A DNA stretch of 64,000 nucleotides from Lentisphaerota bacterium (lineage in GTDB: Bacteria > Verrucomicrobiota > Kiritimatiellia > PWTM01). Location: positions 4,907 to 68,906 of the forward strand of contig VGWF01000003.1 of NCBI GenBank assembly GCA_016873715.1. Reading direction: 5' to 3'. The notes under the pieces were generated by a model. That model searched no databases, was not told where the DNA came from, and was given only the letters and a program-made list of their open reading frames with translations. Positions 16,896 through 25,594 of the stretch are shown one piece after another. The position numbers were made by a program, and so were the translations under genes. The stretch's first letter is position 1. Every line of letters starts with the position of its first letter.

Positions 16896-18248
16896 GTGGA
16901 CGCCGCACCCGCCACCGCCGGCCCGGGCGCGATCCGCGCGACGCACGCCCTCTGCCCGACCTGCCTGCGCAGCGTCCCCGCGGAGGTCCGCGAGGAGGAC
17001 GGCGAGGTCCGCCTCGTGAAGCAGTGCCCCGTGCACGGCGTCTCGCGCGTGTTCCTCTCGTCCCATCCGGACTACTACCGCGACCTGAACCGGTTCTACT
17101 TCTCGGTGATGAGCCGCAGCCACCCGCAGCGCGACTACATCCTCCGCCTGACCGAGCGCTGCAACCTCGAGTGCCCGATCTGCCTCGCCGGCGCGAACCA
17201 GGACGTTCTGGCCGACTTCTCGCTCGAGGACGTGCGCCGGCTCACCCGCCGGCACCGGCGGACCAAGTTCGACCTGATGGGCTGCGAGCCGACGCTGATG
17301 GACACGCTTCCGGACATCATCCGCGAGATCGCCGCGTCCGGGAACATCTCAGCCCTCCACACCAACGGCCTCGCCCTCGAGGACCCGGCCTACGTCGCGC
17401 GCCTCAAGGCGGCGGGACTCGACGAGGTCCACCTGCAGTTTGACGGGTTCGACGACGACGCCTATCGCACGATCCGGGGACGGCCCCTGCTCGAGGGGAA
17501 GCGGAAGACGCTGGCGAACCTCGCGGCGCAGCGGATCCCGGTCGACCTCGTCATGACGATCCTGGCCGGCGTCAACGACAAGGAGATCCTCCCGGTCCTC
17601 GAGTTCGGCCTGCGGCAGCCGAACGTGAAGGAGGTCTTCTTCCTCGGCTGCCGGATGCTCGGCCGCGCCGCCGGCGGATTCGAATCGCAGCAGCTGCTGC
17701 CGGACCAGGTGATCGACCTTCTCGAGGGCGCCACCGGCGGCCGGATCCGGCGCGAGGACGTCCGCCGCTTCCAGAAGCTCTACTTCGCGATGCTCTCCGT
17801 CTTCGGCGTCCGGAAATGCCTCTACATCCAGCATTACCTGCTGATGCGCGGCCGCGACGGCGCCTACCGGACGATCGCGGAGACCCTCGACCTCGACCGC
17901 CTCGAACCCGCGCTGGAGCGCTACCGCGAACGGGTCGAGCGCGGCGGACGCCGCGGCGCGGCGGTCCGCCTGGCCCTCGAGTGCCTTCCGCTCCTGCTGG
18001 CGCCGCGCGCGCTCCCGCTGCTCGCCGAGTTCGCGGCGCTGACGCTGCTCATGGCGCTCGGGTTCAACCTCCGGCGCGTGCGCCGGCGGAGCGTGCTTCT
18101 GGGCTACATCACCGCCTGCGATCCGCTCATCTACGACGCGGACGTCGCCGACAACTGCGGCAAGGGGGAGATCTCGCGCGACCTCGGCGTCCAGGAGTCC
18201 GGCGCGCTGGCCAACGTGATGCGCGAGCACCGGTGGAGGGCGACGTGA
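16896..18248 (+). CDS. Radical SAM protein of the MJ0619/Tes (COG1964-like) family
   Basis: N-terminal CPTC...CPVHG, core LTERCNLECPICLA, GCEPT, TNG, LQFDG, GVND. Confidence 0.85.
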   Translation: MDAAPATAGPGAIRATHALCPTCLRSVPAEVREEDGEVRLVKQCPVHGVSRVFLSSHPDYYRDLNRFYFSVMSRSHPQRDYILRLTERCNLECPICLAGANQDVLADFSLEDVRRLTRRHRRTKFDLMGCEPTLMDTLPDIIREIAASGNISALHTNGLALEDPAYVARLKAAGLDEVHLQFDGFDDDAYRTIRGRPLLEGKRKTLANLAAQRIPVDLVMTILAGVNDKEILPVLEFGLRQPNVKEVFFLGCRMLGRAAGGFESQQLLPDQVIDLLEGATGGRIRREDVRRFQKLYFAMLSVFGVRKCLYIQHYLLMRGRDGAYRTIAETLDLDRLEPALERYRERVERGGRRGAAVRLALECLPLLLAPRALPLLAEFAALTLLMALGFNLRRVRRRSVLLGYITACDPLIYDADVADNCGKGEISRDLGVQESGALANVMREHRWRAT

Positions 18249-19348
18249 TCCGCATCCTCTCGCCGGTGCTCCACGCGCGCGAGGTCGGGCCCGTCGTTGC
18301 GGCCGGGGCCGCGGAGATCTACTGCGGGGTCCTGCCCGGCGCCTGGAAGAAGGCCTACTCCAACGTCGCCTCGCTCAACCGGCGCGAGTGGGCCTCGGCC
18401 AACATGGCCAGCCTCGAGGATCTCCGCGACGTCGTGGACGCGGCCCACGCGCTGCGGACGCCCGTCTTCCTGACGCTCAACGCGCTCTACACCGAGGCGC
18501 AGTACCCCGAGGTTCGGCGCGTCGTCGGGGCCGCCGCCGAGTGCGGGGTCGACGCGCTCATCATCGCCGACCTCGGGCTGCTGCTCGCGGCCCGCGACAT
18601 GGGCTGGCGCGGCGCGCTCCACGTCAGCACGGGCGGAACGACGTTCAACGACGAGGCCATCGCGTTCTACCGCGAGCTCGGCGCGGACCGGGTCATCCTC
18701 CCCCGCCACAACCGCGTCAACGAGATCGTCGCGATGGCGGCCCGCCACCGCGACATCGAGCTGGAGACGTTCGTCATGAACTCCGGCTGCATGAACATCG
18801 ACGGGTTCTGCACCCACCACCACGGCGTGAAGGAGCTGACGCGCCCCCTCGGGTGGAACATCCCGAAGATGCTCCACGCCGACCACCACGTGCTCCGCTG
18901 GCTCAAGCGCATGCCCGCCTGGCTCCGGTCCCGGGCCAGCCGCCTCGCGTCCCGCTCCGCCGACAGCTCCTGCCTGCTGGCCTACGACGTGAAGGTGACC
19001 TCGCCCACCGCGACGGACGCCGAACTCCGGCAGGTCCGCGAGTCGCTGCGGAACAGCTTCGGCGTCTTCACGGGCTTCGACACCTGCGGCGCCTGCTCGC
19101 TGTGGGACTTCGAGCACGCCGGAATCACGAGCGTGAAGATCGTCGGCCGCAACAATCCGCTCGACAAGAAGGTGCGCGACGTCCGCTTCCTGCGCGGGTG
19201 CCTCGACCTCCTCGCGGACCCCTCGCTGACGCGCGATCGCTTCTCGGACCTCGCGCGCGAGGCCTATGCGCGGATCTACGGATTCCCGTGCGACCGGTGG
19301 TGCTACTTCCCCGCGGAAGACCTCGCCCTCGCGGAGGACCACCTGTGA
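18245..19348 (+). CDS. Peptidase U32 family Fe-S protein (UbiU/TrhP/RlhA-related)
   Basis: AGAAEIYCG, LTLN, IIADLG, HVST, RVILPR, GCMNIDGFC, CGAC, SVKIVGR. GTG overlaps the upstream TGA. Confidence 0.9.
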   Translation: MIRILSPVLHAREVGPVVAAGAAEIYCGVLPGAWKKAYSNVASLNRREWASANMASLEDLRDVVDAAHALRTPVFLTLNALYTEAQYPEVRRVVGAAAECGVDALIIADLGLLLAARDMGWRGALHVSTGGTTFNDEAIAFYRELGADRVILPRHNRVNEIVAMAARHRDIELETFVMNSGCMNIDGFCTHHHGVKELTRPLGWNIPKMLHADHHVLRWLKRMPAWLRSRASRLASRSADSSCLLAYDVKVTSPTATDAELRQVRESLRNSFGVFTGFDTCGACSLWDFEHAGITSVKIVGRNNPLDKKVRDVRFLRGCLDLLADPSLTRDRFSDLAREAYARIYGFPCDRWCYFPAEDLALAEDHL

Positions 19349-20160
19349 GCGCGGCGGATCCCTATGCCGGCATCGAGCGCGCGGTCGCGTTCGCGGCGCT
19401 GGACCGCCTGCGCGCGTGGGACGGCCCCTGCGACCGCGTCTACTTCGGCCACGAGTTCTGCCAGCGCCTGCTCCCGTCGGCGGCGGACGCCGCCGCCGCG
19501 GCGCGGGCCGCCGCGGAACGGGGGCGCGCCTTCACCCTCGTGACGCCCCTGGTCAGCAACGCGGGGCTCGCGCGCGTCCGCGACCTGGTGCCCGCGGCCC
19601 GCGCGGCGGCCGGGGCGGCGGGCCTCGAGGTCGTCGTCAACGACTGGGGCCTCCTGCACTGGATGCACCGCGAGCACCCGGGTGTGCCGCTGGCGCTCGG
19701 CCGGCTGCTGACGAAGCAGAAGCGGGGCCCGCAGATCCTGCGCGTGGCCGCCCGGCTTCCGCCCCGCGCCATCGAGCATTTCCAGCGCTCGAACGTGGAC
19801 GTGCCCCACCTGGCCGACCGGCTGCAGGCGTGGGGCGTGCGCCGGGTGGAACTGGACAACCTCCTCCAGGGCCTGCGCCGCGACCACGGCCTCCCCGCGT
19901 CGCTGTACCATCCGTTCGCGTACGTCACGACGACGCGCCTGTGCCTGATGGCCGGCAGCACGCGGCCGGGCAAGAACCTCCGCTCGATGGGGCCCTGCGC
20001 GCTGGAGTGCCGGCGGTTCGAGGCCGTGCTGACGCATCCGGACATGCCGGCGCCGCTGCTGCTCAAGGGAAACACCCAGTACATCCGCAACGACCGCCTG
20101 CCCGACGATCCGGCGGGGCTGCGGATCACCCGCCTCGTGCTTCAGCCGGAACCGGCCTGA
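19345..20160 (+). CDS. Second, shorter U32-fold protein (UbiV-like partner)
   Basis: RVYFGHEFCQRLLP, VVNDWGLL, LGRLL, RVELDN, TTTRLC, CALEC, KGNTQY. GTGA coupling. Confidence 0.8.
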   Translation: MSAADPYAGIERAVAFAALDRLRAWDGPCDRVYFGHEFCQRLLPSAADAAAAARAAAERGRAFTLVTPLVSNAGLARVRDLVPAARAAAGAAGLEVVVNDWGLLHWMHREHPGVPLALGRLLTKQKRGPQILRVAARLPPRAIEHFQRSNVDVPHLADRLQAWGVRRVELDNLLQGLRRDHGLPASLYHPFAYVTTTRLCLMAGSTRPGKNLRSMGPCALECRRFEAVLTHPDMPAPLLLKGNTQYIRNDRLPDDPAGLRITRLVLQPEPA

Positions 20161-21389
20161 TCGGCGCGGCGGACGGCGTCCGCGATGCGATCGAGGTCGC
20201 GGTCCGTCAGCTCCGGATACAGCGGGAGGTGCAGGATGCGGTCCTCCACCCGCGCGGCGGACGGGCACGATGCCGCGTCGCCGCCGAGCCCCGGCAGCGA
20301 GGCGCAGTTGGACATGTAGCCCGCGGCCGAATCGACGCCCATTCCGCGCAGGCGGTGGGCGAAGCGGTGGCGGTCCGGCCGCGTCACGGCGAAGCTCACG
20401 TAGATGTGGTCGCCGCCTTCGGCCGCCGGCGAGGGGAGTCCGCCGCACCCGGCTTCCTGCAGCCGCCGCCACAGCCCCCGCCCGCGGTCGCGCCGCGCCG
20501 CGTTCTTCGCCTCCAGCGAGCGCAACTGCCGGAGGCCCGCCCGCGCCTGGGCCTCGGCGGGATGGACGCGCACCGCATCGAGCCCGGCGGCCGTCAGCGG
20601 CACCGGCGCCTCCTCGAAGGCGCGCTGGACCAGGTCCGGCCCCTCGCGGCCGGTGGCGCGGACGATCGGGCCGAGGACGGCCGAGAAGAGGGCCCGCCGG
20701 GTGGCGGCGCGCATCGCGAGGGCGCCGAGGGCTTCCTTCGCCAGCCGCTGCCGGGCCGGCGCGCGGAACCCGCGGACCGCGGCGGCAACCGCCTCGTGGG
20801 CGTCCCGGTCGCGGCAGACGACCATCCCGCCCCCGAACGTCGTGAAGTTCTTCGTCACGCCGAAGGTGAAGCAGGCGGCCCGGCCGAGGGTTCCCGCGGC
20901 GCGCCCGCCGATCCGCGCGCCGAGACACTGGGCGCAGTCCTCGATCAGGTCGATGCCCCGGGGGGCGCAGAGCGCCTCCAGCGCGGCCATGTCGCACGTG
21001 CGGCCGAACAGGTGGGTCGGGACCACGGCCCGGGTCCGTTCCGTCAGCACCGCGGCGACGGAGGCGGGCGACAGCTCGTAGGTCTCCGGATCGACATCGG
21101 CATAGACGGGCGTGAGGCCGGCGAGCCGGACGACCGCGGGCATCGCGAAGAACGTGAAGGCGGGCAGGACGACCTCCGACCCGGGCGGGTAGCCGAGCGC
21201 CCGCAGCACGAGCCAGAGCGCCATGCGGCCGGACGGAACGAAGACCGCGCGATCGCAGCCCAGATGGGAGGCGAAGGCCCGCTCGAACTCGGCCGTGGCC
21301 GGGCCGGCCGGCCCCCGGGCGCGAAGCGCGTCCGCCAGGAAGGCCAGCGTCTCGCCCCACCCCACGGTCGGCGCGAATCGCGGAATCAT
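20142..21389 (-). CDS. DegT/DnrJ/EryC1/StrS PLP-dependent aminotransferase
   Basis: PSGRMAL, PAFTF, THLFG, IEDCAQ, TFGVTKNFTTFGGG, LHLPLYP. Confidence 0.9.
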   Translation of the reverse strand: MIPRFAPTVGWGETLAFLADALRARGPAGPATAEFERAFASHLGCDRAVFVPSGRMALWLVLRALGYPPGSEVVLPAFTFFAMPAVVRLAGLTPVYADVDPETYELSPASVAAVLTERTRAVVPTHLFGRTCDMAALEALCAPRGIDLIEDCAQCLGARIGGRAAGTLGRAACFTFGVTKNFTTFGGGMVVCRDRDAHEAVAAAVRGFRAPARQRLAKEALGALAMRAATRRALFSAVLGPIVRATGREGPDLVQRAFEEAPVPLTAAGLDAVRVHPAEAQARAGLRQLRSLEAKNAARRDRGRGLWRRLQEAGCGGLPSPAAEGGDHIYVSFAVTRPDRHRFAHRLRGMGVDSAAGYMSNCASLPGLGGDAASCPSAARVEDRILHLPLYPELTDRDLDRIADAVRRADQAGSG

Positions 21390-21421
21390 GTACCGGCCGC
21401 CTCCTCCGCGTCCGGCCGCGG

Positions 21422-22762
21422 TCAGTTGATCTTCCCGACGCGCCGGTAGGAGCCGTTGTACTTCTTCGTGAACGCCTGCAGGAAGTCGCCGCCGTCCTTG
21501 TCGATCGCGTAGCCGATCGTGTGGACGATCGGCGGCTTCTTGCCCTTCTTCACGTAGCACTGCTCGTTCAGCAGCGTGAAGTGCTCGATGAAGTCCTCGA
21601 TGGACCACCACCGCATGTTGTCCGGCATCCCCGGCGGCTGCGGCCGGTGCGGAAGCGGGCGGACCGGCGTCCGACGGTTCTCGAAGTGCCCCTCGCGCGC
21701 GCCGTGGACGGCGCCTTCCCTGATCGACGCCCCGCGCGGCGGAACCCAGACGCGTTCGGTCCGGTACTCCATCCCCGCGGCGGCCTGGTCGTAGGCCGCC
21801 AGGGCGTCCGCATTGGCCTTGCGCCACTCCTCCATCCTGGCGTTCCACGCGGCCTGCTGGTCGGCGGTGAGGCTCTTGCTGACGCGCGGGATGCCGTCGG
21901 AGATGATCAGGATCGTGTCGGCCCCCTGCAGGAACGCGGCGGTGAGGGCGAGGTCGAGGCGCGTCGTCCCGCCGCCGGCCTTGAGGCCCAGGTCGACGGA
22001 CTTGATGTTGCCGGAATCGAGCCCGTAGTTGTTCTTGGTGTTGTACGGCTGGAGGAACTTCTTCGCGTCGCGCTTGTTGTCCTCCGTCGCGGGGACCATC
22101 TCGTCCTTGAAGGTCTGCCCGGCGTCGGCGAACGCGACGACGTTGAACAGCGTCTTCTCGTTCAGCGCGTCCATGACGCTGCGAAGGCGCGACTTCACGC
22201 GCTCGAAGCCGTCGAATCCGCCGCGTTCCTCCTCGATCATGCTGACGGACACATCGACGCAGACCATGATCTTCTCGCCGCGCCCGCGGATGCCGAAGAA
22301 GTCGAAGGCCGACACGCCCTGGCCGAAGCCGCCGAGGCCGTAGCCCGTGCCCAGGCCCGCGCCCAGCCCGACGCCCGTGATCGCCTTGAACTTGGGCTGG
22401 AAGGAGGTGCGGACGACCTTGGGGTCGACCTTGATCTCCGGCAGCGCGAAGTTCGAGGGCTTCGTCGCCACCAGCCGCGGCATCACCGCCGGGCGGCTGG
22501 AACTGCGCTGGCGCTTGGAGACCTTGACCTGGTGCTCGAGCTTGCGCGGCTCGTAGGTCTTGATCGGCGGCGGGGCGGTGAACACGGTGCGCTCCTCCAG
22601 GAACGACCGGATGACCACCCACGAGCCGAAGATCAGCATGCCGACGACATGGACGGCGAGGCTGATGCCGGCGACGATGAGCAGCGTCTTGCGTCGCTGC
22701 CGCGACAACCGGGCATACCCCCACCCGGAGAGGATGAGGTTAAGATCCAGTTTCGGCTTCAT
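21422..22762 (-). CDS. Single-TM protein with Pro/Lys-rich linker and C-terminal VWA domain
   Basis: TM ISLAVHVVGMLIF; MIDAS DVSVS, GGGTT, IISDG; VHTIGY. Confidence 0.85.
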   Translation of the reverse strand: MKPKLDLNLILSGWGYARLSRQRRKTLLIVAGISLAVHVVGMLIFGSWVVIRSFLEERTVFTAPPPIKTYEPRKLEHQVKVSKRQRSSSRPAVMPRLVATKPSNFALPEIKVDPKVVRTSFQPKFKAITGVGLGAGLGTGYGLGGFGQGVSAFDFFGIRGRGEKIMVCVDVSVSMIEEERGGFDGFERVKSRLRSVMDALNEKTLFNVVAFADAGQTFKDEMVPATEDNKRDAKKFLQPYNTKNNYGLDSGNIKSVDLGLKAGGGTTRLDLALTAAFLQGADTILIISDGIPRVSKSLTADQQAAWNARMEEWRKANADALAAYDQAAAGMEYRTERVWVPPRGASIREGAVHGAREGHFENRRTPVRPLPHRPQPPGMPDNMRWWSIEDFIEHFTLLNEQCYVKKGKKPPIVHTIGYAIDKDGGDFLQAFTKKYNGSYRRVGKIN

Positions 22763-22775
22763 GGTTCCGCGTCCT

Positions 22776-23213
22776 TCATTCGCCGCCCGCGGCGAAGGTC
22801 ACGTTCTTGATCCCGGCCCTGGCGCATGCGTTCATCACGTCGATCATGCGCTGGTGCTTCGTGGCGTCGTCGCCCTGCAGCGTCACCATCGGCTCGGCCT
22901 TGGCGGCCGACGAGGCCATCCGGTAGCGCGTCAGCGTGGAGACGAGTTGCGGCAGGTCTACCGAGTCCGGCGCGTCGAACTCCAGGCCGTTGAGCACGAC
23001 CCGGCCGGTCTCGCGCACCTCGATGACCTGTTCGTCCGCCATGTCCACCGACTGCGCCTGCGCGAGCATGCCGGGCAGGCGGATGCCGAGGTCGGCCTCG
23101 GACCGGACGAGGCTGGCCGTGGCGATGAAAAAGGCGAGCAGCAGGAAGACCATGTCGATCAGCGACGACACGTTGATGTCCGGCTCGTCGACCTCGTAGG
23201 TGGGCAGTTTCAT
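22776..23213 (-). CDS. exbD: ExbD/TolR family protein
   Basis: INVSSLIDMVFLLLAFF with the TM Asp; LQGDD...VMNAC. Confidence 0.92.
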   Translation of the reverse strand: MKLPTYEVDEPDINVSSLIDMVFLLLAFFIATASLVRSEADLGIRLPGMLAQAQSVDMADEQVIEVRETGRVVLNGLEFDAPDSVDLPQLVSTLTRYRMASSAAKAEPMVTLQGDDATKHQRMIDVMNACARAGIKNVTFAAGGE

Positions 23214-23635
23214 GGCGCCGCCTCCAGTTCCGAGGGCGCGTACACGCCGAAGATGAAGTCGTCGACGCCGATCGCGGCCATGGCGGTGAGGACCTTCTTG
23301 ACCTCCTTGTGCTTCACGTTGGCGTCGGCGCGAACGTAGACCTTGGTCTTCGGCTCGGTCTTGAGCCGCTCGGTCACCTCGGCCTTGAGTTCATCGAGCG
23401 TCGCGGCCTTGTCGCCGCTGAAGATGGAGCCGTCGGCGAGGATGTTGACCGTCCACCGGTCGGGGCGCTCCTTGGGGACGACGCCCTTCGAGGCGACGGG
23501 CATCTCCATCTTCATCGTCCGGTTCTGGCTGACGGACGAGGCGCACATGAAGAAGATGAGCAGGAGGAAGACCATGTCGATCATGGGCGCCATCTGGAAC
23601 TTGGCTTCCTCGGTATCTTCCTGCACGAAGCGCAT
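23210..23635 (-). CDS. exbD: ExbD/TolR family protein
   Basis: FQMAPMIDMVFLLLIFF; VYVRAD. Confidence 0.92.
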   Translation of the reverse strand: MRFVQEDTEEAKFQMAPMIDMVFLLLIFFMCASSVSQNRTMKMEMPVASKGVVPKERPDRWTVNILADGSIFSGDKAATLDELKAEVTERLKTEPKTKVYVRADANVKHKEVKKVLTAMAAIGVDDFIFGVYAPSELEAAP

Positions 23636-23651
23636 GGCGCGTCTCCGGGGA

Positions 23652-24524
23652 TCAGGACTGGGGCTGGGCCGGGGCGGCCGGCGCGGCGGCCGGCTGCGGC
23701 ATCGGCGCGGTCAGATCGGGAAGCGTGACCTGGTCGAGCGGAAGCTCGCCGGCGCGCAGCCGGTCCATGATCGCGGAGAGATGGTGCGTCAGGTTCCCGG
23801 CGAGACGGCCGATCCGCGCCATGTTCCCCTGGAACCGGGACTTCAGGTAGAAGTAGAAGAACATGAACGGAATGCCGACGATGAGGCCGAACGCGGTCGT
23901 GATCATGGCCTCGCCGATGTCGTTGGCGAGTTTCTCGGGGTCGCCCATCGCGCCGAGGCCGATCTTCTGGAACGCCTTGATCATTCCGCTGACCGTGCCG
24001 AGAAGCCCGAACATCGGGGCGACGGAGGCGATGATCGAGAGGTAGCTGATCGGGCGCAGGCCGTTGGTGTTCTCCTCGACGGCGGCCTCCTCCATGGCCT
24101 TCTCGATCGTGGCGACGTCGGTGATGCCGTCGCTCAACCGGAGCAGGCCGGCGTTCAGGATGTTCGAGAAGACGCCGGGCGTGCCGCTGCAGGTCGCGCT
24201 CGCGTTGCGGAAGTCGAGGTTCGTGATCAGGTTCTGGAGCACGGGTACGAGGGACGACTGGACCATCTTCGGCTCGCGCAGGAAGATGAACCCGAAGATC
24301 GTCAGCGCGGCGCCGGCGATCGACAGCGCGCCGATCGGGTACATGGCCCATCCGCCGGTGACCCACATCCCCCACAGGGTGACGGACTGATCCTTCGCGG
24401 CCGCGGCGGCCGGCGCCGCGGCGGCGGCGGCAGCGGCGGGCGCCTGCGCGAAGACGGCCTGCGCGAGGGCGCCGACCGTGACGGCGGCGAGCAGGAAGAA
24501 CACGGAACGGGTTCGGGTGGTCAT
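23652..24524 (-). CDS. exbB: MotA/TolQ/ExbB proton channel protein
   Basis: GGWAMYPI, APMFGLLGTVSGMI, IGEAMITTAFGLIVGIP. Confidence 0.93.
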   Translation of the reverse strand: MTTRTRSVFFLLAAVTVGALAQAVFAQAPAAAAAAAAPAAAAAKDQSVTLWGMWVTGGWAMYPIGALSIAGAALTIFGFIFLREPKMVQSSLVPVLQNLITNLDFRNASATCSGTPGVFSNILNAGLLRLSDGITDVATIEKAMEEAAVEENTNGLRPISYLSIIASVAPMFGLLGTVSGMIKAFQKIGLGAMGDPEKLANDIGEAMITTAFGLIVGIPFMFFYFYLKSRFQGNMARIGRLAGNLTHHLSAIMDRLRAGELPLDQVTLPDLTAPMPQPAAAPAAPAQPQS

Positions 24525-25594
24525 GGCTTCTCTCCTTGCGCGCCGGCGGGCGACGCGTCCGGCGCGGCTTTCGGTTCGGACTCCTTCAAGTACTTCGTCG
24601 AGAGGGCGTTCATGTCCTCCTCGGTGCCGAAGAAGATCCCGGCGATGTTGGGATCCTCGCCCGCGGCGGTCATGCCGTTCTCCATGATGAACTTCAGGCG
24701 GAGGCGGGCCTCGTCGCCCCAGTCGGTGCCGGTGAAGAGCCGGGCGACCTCGTAGTAGACGTCGCGCGCGCGGTGCGGCTCGTTGACGTCCTCGTAGCAC
24801 TGCGCGGCGAGCATCAGGGCGTCCGGGAAGGTCTCGACGTCCTTGTTCTCGTGGATGACCGACTGCACGGCGGCGTCGAGGGCCTCGCGCGGCTTCTCCT
24901 GCGCGTAGAGGAGCCGGGCCTTGGCGAGCCAGTAGATGCCGTAGGATGCGTCGCCCGGCGACGGTTCGCGGGCGGCGGCCAGGCCCTTCGCCGCCTCGTC
25001 GAGCTTGCCGATCTCGACCAGGCACATCTGGGCGCGGATCACCGAGGACTCGCCGTACGGGTGCCAGTTGGCCGAGCGCCCGGCGGCGGCGAAGAGCGCG
25101 AAGGCGTAGCCGTACCATTTCTCCGCCTCGGGACGGCCGGCCTCGCCGCGCTTGGCCGCCTGCTGGGCGGCGCGCAGGTAGTAGCGGCCGGCCGCCATCA
25201 CGGGCTCGGTCGCGTTGTTCTCCCGCAGGTCGAGGAACGCGAAGGTCGGCATCAGCGCGCCGTGCAGCAGCACGGCGGCCTGCGCCCAGCGGCGCTGGGT
25301 CGCGGCGGCATAGGCCTTCTCCTCGGGGACGGCAACCTTGAACTCCGCGTCGTCGAAGGCCTCGACCTTGAAGGACGACAGGACGCCCGGGGGCGAGTTC
25401 GTCATGCGGAAGTAGATGTCGGGGCCCTCGCGCTTGACGAGGATGACCTCGCGGATCGCCTCCCCTTCCTTGCCGAGGCGGACGAGGACCCCGTCCGGCG
25501 CGGCGGGCTTCGCGGGGGCGTTGGTCTGCGCCCGCGCGCAGAGGCCGGCGGCCGCCAGGGCCGCGACTGCGATCGCTGGAAGGTGACGGGTCAT
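24521..25594 (-). CDS. Exported TPR protein
   Basis: Signal peptide MTRHLPAIAVAALAAAGLCARA; TPR-like helices (PDALMLAAQCYE...YYEVARLF); coupled at both ends. Confidence 0.82.
   Translation of the reverse strand: MTRHLPAIAVAALAAAGLCARAQTNAPAKPAAPDGVLVRLGKEGEAIREVILVKREGPDIYFRMTNSPPGVLSSFKVEAFDDAEFKVAVPEEKAYAAATQRRWAQAAVLLHGALMPTFAFLDLRENNATEPVMAAGRYYLRAAQQAAKRGEAGRPEAEKWYGYAFALFAAAGRSANWHPYGESSVIRAQMCLVEIGKLDEAAKGLAAAREPSPGDASYGIYWLAKARLLYAQEKPREALDAAVQSVIHENKDVETFPDALMLAAQCYEDVNEPHRARDVYYEVARLFTGTDWGDEARLRLKFIMENGMTAAGEDPNIAGIFFGTEEDMNALSTKYLKESEPKAAPDASPAGAQGEKP

Noticed and set aside
13161-17255. 1364-aa minus-strand ORF and similar giant ORFs (25765-29145 +, 30306-34328 +, 34198-37902 -, 59093-62944 +)
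   Set aside because: Antisense shadows of real genes, caused by stop-codon scarcity in high-GC DNA. They are Arg/Gly/Ala-rich with no motifs. Only the last 97 codons of 34198-37902 look like a real gene.
15510-20160. RiPP interpretation of the rSAM-U32 operon
   Set aside because: No precursor peptide, RRE/PqqD or SPASM motif is visible, and intergenic gaps are too small to hide one. A distant precursor cannot be excluded.
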